Positions 17,580 to 27,072 are shown, counted from the first letter of the stretch. The stretch is 32,000 nt of DNA from Candidatus Hermodarchaeota archaeon (GCA_048886185.1 JBHLKY010000004.1:60001-92000); one strand, 5' to 3'. Notes: generated by a model not told the origin, from the sequence alone. Numbers and translations are program-made.

Positions 17580-18197
17580 ATGACAATTAACAAAAAACAA
17601 AGGCATATTCCACTATTTATTGTTGTCGATGGAGGTGACGGTTGTGGCAAAGATACCCAAACACGACGGATTGCTCAGTATTATTTAAAAAAAGGATGGA
17701 ATGTCCGTATTAGAAGTCATCCTTCTACTGATAATCCGTTTGGTCGTTTTACTAGACAATCTTTAGAAGAGGGAGGAAGGAGAGGTCATCTGAAAGCTGC
17801 TTTATTCTATGCTATTGATGTTATAAGGAGTTTAGTAAAGTATTATCGTCACAATGAAGATGAAGTAATAATTTTTTCCCGATACCTATTAGGTGTTTGT
17901 TATTTACCAACTACTCTAGTATTTTTTGGTTATAACTTTTTTTCAACTTTTTTACCAACAAGTAGATATTTTTTCTTTCTAGATGTGACCCCTGAACTGG
18001 CTAGAGAAAGAATATCTAAACGGGGAAAAGACATTGAAATGTTTGAAACTTTGGCCAGATTGAGGAAAATACGAAGAAAAATGAAGCTGGTTACAACTCA
18101 AAAAAATTGGTTCTTGATTGATGGAAGTGCTTCTCCTTCTAAAGTGTGGAACCAAATTCATCAAGTTCTGAATTATTTAAATTCTAAGAACATTTGA
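17580..18197 (+). CDS. tmk: Thymidylate (dTMP) kinase family protein
   Basis: P-loop VVDGGDGCGKDTQ, IFSRY (DRY equivalent), FFLDVTPELARERI, IDGSASPSKV. Confidence 0.8.
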   Translation: MTINKKQRHIPLFIVVDGGDGCGKDTQTRRIAQYYLKKGWNVRIRSHPSTDNPFGRFTRQSLEEGGRRGHLKAALFYAIDVIRSLVKYYRHNEDEVIIFSRYLLGVCYLPTTLVFFGYNFFSTFLPTSRYFFFLDVTPELARERISKRGKDIEMFETLARLRKIRRKMKLVTTQKNWFLIDGSASPSKVWNQIHQVLNYLNSKNI

Positions 18198-18207
18198 GGT
18201 TCTTAAT

Positions 18208-19500
18208 TTGCCTGAAAATAATAAGGGGTCAATTCGGATTCTCTTTGGATTATCGTCCTTTCAAGTTCTTGCCATGTTCCGTCGTGGCTTATTTTATACG
18301 TATTTATCCATTTATCTTCGATATTTCCTTGGAATGACTGTAACTGAAACAACACTTTTTGCTACTATACCAATGGTTCTTAATGTTAGCTTTCAAACTT
18401 TCGTTTGGGGTGTATTATCAGACAAATTTCAGTTACGACGTACTCTTGTAATTTTGGGGGAGATTCTTGCAGGAATCGGTACGTTGGCTGTATTTTTTAC
18501 GCATAGATTAGTAGATCAAATTTCAGCTGCAGGTTGGGTGATTATAATAGGATTATCAATTGTGGAGATCTTTTGGTCTATGTCTAATAATGGTTGGAGT
18601 GCGCTCATATCCGATTTATTCCCATATGAGGAAAGAAATACAATCCAAGGAAGACTCTCAAGCATAGGAGGCTTAGGTCGAATTTTTGGTGTTTGGATTG
18701 GTGGTTTATTATATGATGGACTTAATCTCCAATATGAAGGGTGGGGATTTTACGAGGGGAGCCTCTTCTTTGTTGCTGCACTTGTTATGTTTCTTTCAAC
18801 AGTCCCTATGGCCTTTGTTCCTGAAGGTGGGGTTTCTCATCAATCTATATCTAATTTTAAGGAGGAAGTATCTCTTAAAACAGATATTACGACCCACCAT
18901 ATTCAAGTATTCATTATTTTTCTTATAGCGATGATATTCATTAATTTCGGAAGAAATAGTATCGCTACGATCTTACCCCAGTATTTATTCTTGCCTTCTC
19001 CTGGTTTTGGTGTTTCTAGTGAAATGCTGTCCTACATCATGAATACTCAATCAATTGCTATTGTTTTAATCGGACTTCTTGTTGGCCGAATAGGACTCAG
19101 ATTAGGTAATGGGAACACCATTTTGCTAGGAGCTATAATATCAATATTTAGTCTTATTTTGCTTGTATTTTCAACAGAATTAAGTTTTATTTTCTTGGCT
19201 AGCTTCCTCAGAGGATCAGCTCAAGTTATTATCATGGCTTCGAGTTATGCATTCGCTTCTCGATTGATTGTAGCCAAAGATCGAGCAAAATTGTTCGGTC
19301 TATTCAATGCGTCTTTTTTCCTTAGTTGGGGTTTAGCTGGAACATTAATTGCTGGACCAATCACAGACTTTCTCTTAATATCTGGTGTAACAAAAGTAGT
19401 GGCATATCGCATAGCATTCTTAACTGGTACTTTAATTACTTTTATTGGAGTCATTTTATTGATATCATTATTAATCTGGATTCAAATAAAGACTTCTTAA
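18208..19500 (+). CDS. Major facilitator superfamily transporter
   Basis: About 12 TM segments. Motif A WGVLSDKFQLRR and its C-half repeat GRIGLRLGNG. TTG start 7 nt after GAGGT. Confidence 0.9.
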   Translation: MPENNKGSIRILFGLSSFQVLAMFRRGLFYTYLSIYLRYFLGMTVTETTLFATIPMVLNVSFQTFVWGVLSDKFQLRRTLVILGEILAGIGTLAVFFTHRLVDQISAAGWVIIIGLSIVEIFWSMSNNGWSALISDLFPYEERNTIQGRLSSIGGLGRIFGVWIGGLLYDGLNLQYEGWGFYEGSLFFVAALVMFLSTVPMAFVPEGGVSHQSISNFKEEVSLKTDITTHHIQVFIIFLIAMIFINFGRNSIATILPQYLFLPSPGFGVSSEMLSYIMNTQSIAIVLIGLLVGRIGLRLGNGNTILLGAIISIFSLILLVFSTELSFIFLASFLRGSAQVIIMASSYAFASRLIVAKDRAKLFGLFNASFFLSWGLAGTLIAGPITDFLLISGVTKVVAYRIAFLTGTLITFIGVILLISLLIWIQIKTS

Positions 19501-19549
19501 GAGATAAAACATTAAACAAGATTACTGGAAGTATAAGCAGGATAGAAGA

Positions 19550-20869
19550 ATGTCTACAATCTCCATCCGCAAAACAAAGGATCCCTTACATAATGTTTTT
19601 GCTTTTATTCCTGGAGAAAAGATGAACATACAAGTACAATTTGGTGATCATGTTCCTCTCCACTACCGTTTACAAATCTTAGACCAGCGAAATAATTCTC
19701 GATTAAATCGATATGGAAAGGGATCAGAGAAAGGATTTGTTTTTGATTGGTGTATCCCACGAACAATTCGCGATGATCATTTTGGAGTGTGGCGGATACA
19801 GGTGGAAGCTGATACTGGTTTCTTTAGTCATTCATTCTTTGTAGAGCATATAGAAAGAATCGAGCCACCTTTGCTTTTTGCTGGTCCAAAAGTTATGGAA
19901 ATTCCAGAGTTAATGGTTCCTTTTCCTATTATAGCGGAGGAAGCAGTTCATATCCCTGATGAAGCGATTAGTGTTACGCCCTCTACAGAAGAACTTACAT
20001 TTGTTAGCAAAACACCTGTTACAGCAATTAAAGGAATTGGTAGAACTTACGCAGACCGTTTAGTGAAGATTCAAGTCTATTCAATCACTGAATTCTGGCA
20101 TTATCCTGATCGTGTAGCTTTGGCAGAAACTATGCGAGTTTCTGATAGCAGATTATCTAAAATGCTTCAAAATGCTGGAGAACTGCTTAATCAGGAAGTG
20201 GAAGGAGTTCTATCTACCCCTCTGGAAGAAGAAGTTACCATTGAGAGAAAAGATCTGCTTTCCATCAAAGGAATCGGACCAAAATCAGTGGAGAAGTTAG
20301 AAAAACTTGGTATCCATTCAAAAACTGATCTTTATGACTATGATGATCTCGAAAATCTTCGGAAAACTTTGCGAATATCGATGTCAAAACTTTCCAACAT
20401 TTTTCTATCCATTGGTAAAATTGTTACTCCAGTTGACGTTACTGAACCAGAAACCACTGATCCATTAATTCAACCAGTTACAAGTGTCAAAGGAATTGGT
20501 GAGAAATCTGCTGAAAAGTTAAGCCAAAGGGGGATAATGACTGTTAAAGATCTCCTAGATGCATCTCTTGGTTTCTTAGAAGGTTTAGCTGGCCAATCGA
20601 CCTTAAATAAATGGAAACAGAATGCTGCCATCTTTGCTGGCCAAGAACCAAAGGGGCTATCACCTATAAACAAAATACAAACTAAAAAAAGTGAACTTAT
20701 CTCAATCTCAGGGATTGGGATTAAAACTGCAGAACAACTCGGTGCTGCTGGAGTATTTACTTTAAATGACCTTGTAGAAAGTGAATTAGAAAAAATAGTA
20801 AAGAAAACAGGATTTTCTCTAAAAAGATTAATTACTTGGCAAGTCCAAGCAAAAAAACTGCTAGATTAA
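19550..20869 (+). CDS. N-terminal Ig/MG2-like beta domain plus four helix-hairpin-helix (DUF4332/RadA-N-like) modules
   Basis: HhH hairpins TAIKGIG, LSIKGIG, TSVKGIG and ISISGIG, each followed by L-x3-G-(I/V)-x-(S/T)-x2-(D/E)-(L/F)-like helices. Confidence 0.85.
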   Translation: MSTISIRKTKDPLHNVFAFIPGEKMNIQVQFGDHVPLHYRLQILDQRNNSRLNRYGKGSEKGFVFDWCIPRTIRDDHFGVWRIQVEADTGFFSHSFFVEHIERIEPPLLFAGPKVMEIPELMVPFPIIAEEAVHIPDEAISVTPSTEELTFVSKTPVTAIKGIGRTYADRLVKIQVYSITEFWHYPDRVALAETMRVSDSRLSKMLQNAGELLNQEVEGVLSTPLEEEVTIERKDLLSIKGIGPKSVEKLEKLGIHSKTDLYDYDDLENLRKTLRISMSKLSNIFLSIGKIVTPVDVTEPETTDPLIQPVTSVKGIGEKSAEKLSQRGIMTVKDLLDASLGFLEGLAGQSTLNKWKQNAAIFAGQEPKGLSPINKIQTKKSELISISGIGIKTAEQLGAAGVFTLNDLVESELEKIVKKTGFSLKRLITWQVQAKKLLD

Positions 20870-21122
20870 TTTTTCTATTCAAAACAAATCTATATCTTAA
20901 TATTATTGAACTTAGGTTTTTTTGTCGCTTAATCTTTAAAAATAAATGTCAATCATTTTATGACAAAATGGTTTAATATTGATATTTTTATCAAGTAATA
21001 TCAAAGAAACGAGTTTCAATGATCATTAGTTGTTGTTAACAATAATCAAGTTCTCTCAAACTAATAGTCATTAGTTAATCTTGTAGTTAAATGAATTTAA
21101 TGTTACTTATGTAAGGATTGAG

Positions 21123-23336
21123 GTGATTAATATGAGTATGTTTAATAATTTGGAAAGTAGGGACAAGAATAATCGTGTAGAAGCAGCGAGAGCTTTAGGA
21201 AATACTCGTACCAAGGCTTCCCTTCGTGCACTACTTGAAGCAGTTGAAAGAGATGATGAAAAAGATGTACGAAAGGCAGCCATTGATTCTCTTATAAAGC
21301 TGAACGATCCTGAAGCTATTCCAATTCTTGAAAGAGTTGCTGAATATGATAGGGATCGGAGTACCAGAAATAAAGCAAAAGACGCTGCTAAATCAATTAG
21401 AGAAACAGGAGTTCCTCTTAAAGACACTGCTTTTTCTGAAGAAGATGCAGACAGAGCACGGGAGGATTATCGTGCTTTAGAAGAACACGAAGCAAAACAA
21501 GCTGGATTACATGTTAGACTAGAGGAGACTTTAAAATATAGAATAAATCAGGATAATGAGTTAGTAGACGAAAATGACTCTCCATTGGACTTCATTAAAG
21601 GGACTGGTAAAGTCAAAGTCACCAATACAGGTAAAAAAGATCGAATCTGGGGAATTGATGCATTTTTAAGGGATATTGATGAAGTTACATTCGACAGAAG
21701 TGAGGATCAAGAAGTTATTGTCTTTGGAAATTCCTTTGGAATAAAAGAATTGGATCCACAAGGATCCAAGGCGGTAACCTTTGATTTTCAGGTTGATGCT
21801 CCCCGAATTAAGATTAAAGAAGAATTTTGGGATTTGGAAAAGCCTGAATCACCTCCTACATTTTCACGAGGTACTGAAACAGGAATGCGCTTTACAATTG
21901 AACTAACAAATGATTTTGATTATAGTCTCAACAATGTGGTACTAAAAAAACATATTCCTGATCCTTCTACAATCCTTGAGAATTTTAAAACTGAAACAGG
22001 CAAATTTACTAAAGAGGGTGAGTATATTCTATGGAAAATAAAAGAGATTCCAGAAAGTGCTGCTATTAAGGCAAGTTGTGAAATGCGAGTAACCTTACCA
22101 GAGGATGTAACTGAACCATATGCAGTCGGGGACACAGTTCTTACTTATCGATGTGTTGAGAAAAGTCTTTCTGGAGTTAATTTAGAAACTATTACAGGAT
22201 CATCATCTGTATTTCAATCTATTTCACGAGATGAGCAAGAGGAGAGTCCTGGAGATTTTGATTGTAATTTTGAATTAGAAAATACCTCAGAGTTCGAGAT
22301 GGATCTTAAAGAAGTGAGAATTTATGAAGGGCCTGTTGACGAGGGAAATATCAGATTAGAATGGTTAGGTAGTGACTTTCCAGAAGAGGAACGGTCAATT
22401 GATCCAGGTGAAACCTTTTCATTGGATCCTTGGACAATTACAGTAGATGAAGACGGTGTTATTCCTCAATTTGGACGAGAACTTGACCTATCAGTCAAAT
22501 ATCTTTATGATGCTGAAATTATTGCAGAGTGTACTCTTCCAGGATACGCGTTACGATTCATGGATGTGGAAGTGTCAAAAACATTCTCACCTATTACTAT
22601 ACCGTCTTATAGACGTACTGAGGTTATGACTGAAAATATTATCCGATCTACTGGAAGTACAGATATAGAATACTTACAACTCCAAGACCGTATCCCAGAT
22701 GGTTTCGAACCTCCCACGAAAGAAGATATCACAATTTTGAAGGATGACAACAAGCTATCAGATGATGATTACACCCTAGAGGTAGCTGACAATAATCTTA
22801 TTATTACAATCGAGCGCCTTGAATACACATCCTTTGGCACATTAAAACAAGAAGAAGAAGTTTACATTAAATATCCATTTTTTGCAACAGCCGCACCTGA
22901 CCATGAGTTTATGGGAAATGTGACCATATTAGTTAATATATTTCCTCCCGTTAAACCTGTTACAGCTGAGGCTGAAGCAGGGCCAATCACCGTTTTGCAT
23001 GAACGACGAAAACTTAAAATTGGTAAAATGGTGCGATCTACTTCGAGTGAGGCTGCTAACGAGTATGAAATTGTTATTAGAGGAGAAAATGAAGGTACAG
23101 CCATTATACGAAACGTTGAAGTGAGTGATTTCTTACCTCAGGGTTTTGAGTTAGTATCCGATACAGAAGAAGATCCCCCAGTTGGATTTGAGGAACATTC
23201 ATCCGTGAAAAATGGTCGTGCTATGAAGTGGATTTATAAAGAGGTTCAACCTGGACAGAAAGTTATGATTCGTTTCAAAATCCGAGCTCCTGGTGACCAT
23301 GATCCAAAAGATGTTTATCGTATGTTGTTAGGGTAA
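21123..23336 (+). CDS. HEAT-repeat plus mu-homology-like plus tandem beta-sandwich (DUF11-like) protein; start probably ATG 21132
   Basis: About 3 PBS/HEAT repeats (RVEAARALG, VRKAAIDSL, TRNKAKDA). Beta region LHVRLEETL..GTGKVKV..NNVVLKKHIPDP..FKTETG..ILWKIKEIP..SLSGVNL. DUF11-like DRIPDGF and VSDFLPQGFELV..WIYKEVQPGQ. SD GAGGTGA before 21132. No signal peptide or TM. Confidence 0.8.
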   Translation: MINMSMFNNLESRDKNNRVEAARALGNTRTKASLRALLEAVERDDEKDVRKAAIDSLIKLNDPEAIPILERVAEYDRDRSTRNKAKDAAKSIRETGVPLKDTAFSEEDADRAREDYRALEEHEAKQAGLHVRLEETLKYRINQDNELVDENDSPLDFIKGTGKVKVTNTGKKDRIWGIDAFLRDIDEVTFDRSEDQEVIVFGNSFGIKELDPQGSKAVTFDFQVDAPRIKIKEEFWDLEKPESPPTFSRGTETGMRFTIELTNDFDYSLNNVVLKKHIPDPSTILENFKTETGKFTKEGEYILWKIKEIPESAAIKASCEMRVTLPEDVTEPYAVGDTVLTYRCVEKSLSGVNLETITGSSSVFQSISRDEQEESPGDFDCNFELENTSEFEMDLKEVRIYEGPVDEGNIRLEWLGSDFPEEERSIDPGETFSLDPWTITVDEDGVIPQFGRELDLSVKYLYDAEIIAECTLPGYALRFMDVEVSKTFSPITIPSYRRTEVMTENIIRSTGSTDIEYLQLQDRIPDGFEPPTKEDITILKDDNKLSDDDYTLEVADNNLIITIERLEYTSFGTLKQEEEVYIKYPFFATAAPDHEFMGNVTILVNIFPPVKPVTAEAEAGPITVLHERRKLKIGKMVRSTSSEAANEYEIVIRGENEGTAIIRNVEVSDFLPQGFELVSDTEEDPPVGFEEHSSVKNGRAMKWIYKEVQPGQKVMIRFKIRAPGDHDPKDVYRMLLG

Positions 23337-23342
23337 ACCCCC

Positions 23343-23361
23343 TTATTTTTTCTTTTTTTTT
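23343..23361 (+). terminator. Oligo-T tract, archaeal-type terminator candidate
   Basis: T6 and T9 runs (23346-23351, 23353-23361) 10 nt after the stop of the HEAT/beta-sandwich gene. Confidence 0.4.
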
Positions 23362-23377
23362 ACTTGGACGGAAAATT

Positions 23378-24160
23378 GTGTCACACGAAAGAGTCGATTT
23401 TGAAAAAATTAAAGCTCTACTTCTTAGTGCAACTCCTGAAGAATTATCAAAGTTCATTCGCTCTGATAAGTCTCAAGATGAGGCGATGTTTCTTTTTTGG
23501 GCGCTGGATTTTCTTGATCAAAGGCTAGAAACGATTCCTTTCAAATCGAAACAATTCTTAAATAAGAATAGAGACTTCTTAAGTCAAACCCAAGAAGTGA
23601 TCTTTAATGAGAGTCTAGAATTTAGTCTAAAAAGTTACTCTCCTGGATTTGTACTAGGAACATTAGAATTCGGTATCCGAGATAGAGAGGCTCAAATTAA
23701 TCGCTACAAAGAATATCTTGAATTAGTAACTAAAATCCAAACTTGGGATGAACTTGGATTTCCAGATGAACAGTTCAAAAAACATTGGGAGGAGAGGATT
23801 AACGATATCGAAGAAATTCAGGATTGGATGAAAACCAGAGCAAGAGATTGGTTATTGGCAATCATTCCAATATATCGTTCTGGTAGGTTTCACAAATCGC
23901 CTGACAAAGTTCTTAAAGCATTGAGAAAAGGACGTAATGATAATACTGTATTTCAAATTCTTGCAGCGTTATTACATTCTAATCCCATTTTAGACCAAGA
24001 AATCAAAGACTTCTGTAGAAAAAATCAGATATCTGTAGTTCAAAAAGCACATTTAGTAAAAGTACTTCAATTATTAGCTCTAAAGACTTCTGATAGTAAA
24101 GTTCAGGAATATTGCAGACTTTTACTTAATTCGAAAGGTATAGAGGGGGTATTAATCTGA
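23378..24160 (+). CDS. Hypothetical all-alpha protein
   Basis: 260-codon ORF with GTG start and amphipathic helical pattern. No recognisable motif. Confidence 0.75.
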   Translation: MSHERVDFEKIKALLLSATPEELSKFIRSDKSQDEAMFLFWALDFLDQRLETIPFKSKQFLNKNRDFLSQTQEVIFNESLEFSLKSYSPGFVLGTLEFGIRDREAQINRYKEYLELVTKIQTWDELGFPDEQFKKHWEERINDIEEIQDWMKTRARDWLLAIIPIYRSGRFHKSPDKVLKALRKGRNDNTVFQILAALLHSNPILDQEIKDFCRKNQISVVQKAHLVKVLQLLALKTSDSKVQEYCRLLLNSKGIEGVLI

Positions 24161-24165
24161 AAAAG

Positions 24166-24585
24166 TTGAAAATATACTTATCTGGGGCAATTAGGGGGGG
24201 TCGTGAGTTACAGGTTAATTATGAAGCAATTAATGACTATCTACAAAGTAATGGCCACGATGTATTAACACATCATGTTGCTTCACCCAAAGTGATGAAT
24301 ATTGAAAATTCAATGTCTGATAGTGAAATCTATAGTCAAGATATTTCTTGGTTAGAAGAGTGTGATCTTTTAATTGCTGAAGTGTCAATTCCTAGTCTCG
24401 GGGTTGGGTATGAAATCTCTTATGCATTATGTCTTAATAAACCAGTTTTAGGACTTTATGAAGAAGATAGAGTCATTTCAGCAATGATCTCTGGAAATAC
24501 CTCTAATAATTTAACACTTTATTCTTATAAAAACATCTCTAATCTTCTATTTTTGATAAAGAAATATTTAGATTCATTTTCTTGA
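24166..24585 (+). CDS. 2'-deoxynucleoside 5'-monophosphate N-glycosidase (DNPH1/Rcl-like; nucleoside 2-deoxyribosyltransferase family)
   Basis: KIYLSGAIRGGR, VLTHHV, IYSQDISWLEECDLLIAEVSIPSLGVGYEI match the DNPH1/Rcl pattern, including the catalytic Tyr, Asp and Glu positions. Confidence 0.88.
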   Translation: MKIYLSGAIRGGRELQVNYEAINDYLQSNGHDVLTHHVASPKVMNIENSMSDSEIYSQDISWLEECDLLIAEVSIPSLGVGYEISYALCLNKPVLGLYEEDRVISAMISGNTSNNLTLYSYKNISNLLFLIKKYLDSFS

Positions 24586-24614
24586 TGAACATCTGTGCAA
24601 TCAATTATAATGAT

Positions 24615-26255
24615 TTAGATGTTTTTCAAAGATAAACTCAATTCATGAATGTCTCTAATTTTTCTACCTTTGCCATAAATTAGCATATCATAAGTTTTTT
24701 GAATTCTATCCCAGTTATTTTCTCTATCAAGTGCCCAATGACGTCCAATGATGGAAACAACCTTAATTTTTCCCATTTCTCTTGCTTTTAATTCAAGTTG
24801 TCTTACGTAATGGGCACCTGCTTCAGGTTTTTCACCCCGACGTCCCAACATACCATGTAAGTAAACATTAGAGATGTTATTTCTTTTAGCGAGCTCCATA
24901 AGAGCCTCAAGATACTTTATCGAGCCATGGGAACTATAAAAGCTGATAATCCCTAATAAATGTAAAGAGGTATCATTCTCCTTTGTATGATTAATTGCTT
25001 TTAAAAAGGAAGGATTTTGAAAGAATTCTCCTGTTTCAATGGCCTCAAAAATTTTAACACGATCACTTACAACACGTCTACCAATCCCCATGTGTAGATG
25101 GCCAATTTCACTATTACCTACTGTACCATCTGGCATTCCTAAGGGGATCCCTGAAGAAATAAGGGTTGTAAAAGGGAACTCAGCTTTGAGCTTATTCATA
25201 TTTGGAGTGCCAAATTCAAGAAATAAATTCCCATATGAATCAGGATTGAAACCCCAACCATCTAAGATTAAGAGAAGAACCTGATGACTAGTATATTTCT
25301 CTCCATTTATCAATAAACTCCTTCCTTCCATTTCTTGAGGCTTTTGTAATCCCATAATATCAAGAATCGTTGGTGCAACATCTATAAGGGAGCCTCCAAC
25401 CCTTATCTGTCTTTTTTTATGATCCTTAGAAACAAATAAAAATGGTACAGGATTAGAGGTATGTCCTGTGTCAATGGATCCGTCAGGGTAAAGCCAAGAT
25501 TCCGCTGCGCCATGATCAGCTGTTACAAGAACTGTGTAACCAGTTTTAATCGCTGCATCCACTATTCGTCCTAGTTGTCTGTCCACTGCTCGAATTGCTT
25601 TTCCCACAATCATTTTCTCTTCTATGTGTCCCATCACATCGCAAGGAGAAATATTCGTTACAATAAGATCATAATTTCCATCTTCCATTGCAGTAATTGT
25701 AGTATCAGCTACTTCAGCTGATTTCATTTCTGGGAATTCTGCCAAATTTTCTGTTTCATGAGATGAGATTATGATTCGATACTCATTCTTGAATTGCTTA
25801 TGTTGCTTACCATTGAAGAAATAAGTCAAGTGAATAGCTTTTTCACTCTCAACACATTTTAAAATGCGTTTTCTTTTATTACTTAAGAATTCCGTAATAC
25901 TGTTTTCCAAATTTGCTGTAGGTGGGAATGCCACGTTGACAGGTAGATCAGGATGATACTCAATCATTGTTGAAACACAGAGATTAAGCGGTACTACTGG
26001 AAAATGCTTAAAATGTTTTGCTGTGAGAGCTTGAGTTAACTCAACTTCTCGTTCACCTCTGATATTAGCAAAAATTAGAGCATCATTGGGTTTAATCCGA
26101 CCGATTGAGTTGTTTCCTTCATCAACAAGTACAAGGGGTTCAAGCTCTTCATCTCCTTCCCCTCTCTTATAGGCTTTACATATTGCTTCTGCAAGAGGAG
26201 TATCATATTTATGTGTTTTCATTATAAATCTCTCGATATTGTGATCATGATTCAT
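24615..26255 (-). CDS. gpmI: 2,3-bisphosphoglycerate-independent phosphoglycerate mutase, circularly permuted; start ATG 26255 or 26222
   Basis: All GpmI motifs are present but in permuted order: GDEELEP, NIRGER, ESEKAIH, FPEMKS, CDVMGH, TADHG, GHTSNPVP, DVAPT, EMEGRSL, and then LLILDGWG, GNSEIGH, LHLLG, GRHWALDRENNWDR. Confidence 0.9.
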   Translation of the reverse strand: MNHDHNIERFIMKTHKYDTPLAEAICKAYKRGEGDEELEPLVLVDEGNNSIGRIKPNDALIFANIRGEREVELTQALTAKHFKHFPVVPLNLCVSTMIEYHPDLPVNVAFPPTANLENSITEFLSNKRKRILKCVESEKAIHLTYFFNGKQHKQFKNEYRIIISSHETENLAEFPEMKSAEVADTTITAMEDGNYDLIVTNISPCDVMGHIEEKMIVGKAIRAVDRQLGRIVDAAIKTGYTVLVTADHGAAESWLYPDGSIDTGHTSNPVPFLFVSKDHKKRQIRVGGSLIDVAPTILDIMGLQKPQEMEGRSLLINGEKYTSHQVLLLILDGWGFNPDSYGNLFLEFGTPNMNKLKAEFPFTTLISSGIPLGMPDGTVGNSEIGHLHMGIGRRVVSDRVKIFEAIETGEFFQNPSFLKAINHTKENDTSLHLLGIISFYSSHGSIKYLEALMELAKRNNISNVYLHGMLGRRGEKPEAGAHYVRQLELKAREMGKIKVVSIIGRHWALDRENNWDRIQKTYDMLIYGKGRKIRDIHELSLSLKNI

Positions 26256-26386
26256 TCGAGTTTTCTTTGAAATTTTTGTTTTTCACAGCGGATCTTTTAT
26301 GTATTTGTTAAGATGAAATTCTAAATCGAGATTAATTATCATAATTATTTTAATTTGGTTTTAAATAAAATGGGTGAATTAAGAAA

Positions 26387-26839
26387 ATGTTGAAAATTGG
26401 TGACATCGCGCCTTCGTTCAAAACTACAACTGATTCTGGTGAGATAGTAGATTCTGAGGCATTAAAAGGCCAGAAATTTGTCCTATATTTTTATCCAAAA
26501 GATAACACCCCAGGATGCACGAAAGAGGCCTGTTCAATCAGGGATAACTACGGAGTATTCCAAAATAGCGGAATACAAGTATTTGGTGCTTCAGGGGGTA
26601 AATCACATCAAAAATTTATTGATAAATATAATCTTCCATTTCCTATTCTTCTAGATGAAAAGCTAGAATTAGCTAAGAAGTTTGGTGCTTACAAGCAAGG
26701 AAATCGTGTTTCTAGAATTACATACTTAATAGATGAGAATGGGAAAATTGAAGGTATTTTTGGAGGGAACGAAGGTGTTGACAAAGTAAACACGAGTGTA
26801 CATGCTGATCAAATCATAGAATTCTGGGAATTAAGATAA
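26387..26839 (+). CDS. bcp: Peroxiredoxin, BCP/PrxQ subfamily
   Basis: LYFYPKDNTPGCTKEAC (peroxidatic plus alpha2 resolving Cys), KYNLPFPILLD, RITYLID. Confidence 0.93.
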   Translation: MLKIGDIAPSFKTTTDSGEIVDSEALKGQKFVLYFYPKDNTPGCTKEACSIRDNYGVFQNSGIQVFGASGGKSHQKFIDKYNLPFPILLDEKLELAKKFGAYKQGNRVSRITYLIDENGKIEGIFGGNEGVDKVNTSVHADQIIEFWELR

Positions 26840-27072
26840 TTATTGATAGATTATATTTATAATTCTACAGGTATTTTTTAAATTAACAAAACACTGATAA
26901 ACGTCTCTGCAACCATTGTACTCAATGTCAATATTGATTGTGAAAATAATTCACTATGAATTTTAAGAATAAATTAAAATGACAATGGACTGAAATTTAA
27001 GTTAGAGTTATAAAAGGAAACTCTGATCATAACAAAGAGAATATACCTTAATTTTTTAAAGGAGAATCAACT

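Noticed and set aside
17580-17900. Variant dTMP kinase motifs (GKDT, SRY) as a novel kinase
   Set aside because: Similar variants occur in other archaeal dTMP-kinase-like proteins as far as I recall, so this is not enough to claim new specificity.
20946-21076. Several short palindromes upstream of the HEAT/beta-sandwich gene (TTGTTAACAA, AACTAAT-N4-ATTAGTT)
   Set aside because: Short and AT-only or AT-rich, so expected by chance at this composition.
12940-24585. NUDIX, tmk and DNPH1-like genes as one nucleotide-sanitation system
   Set aside because: Spread over 11 kb in different transcription units with unrelated genes between them.
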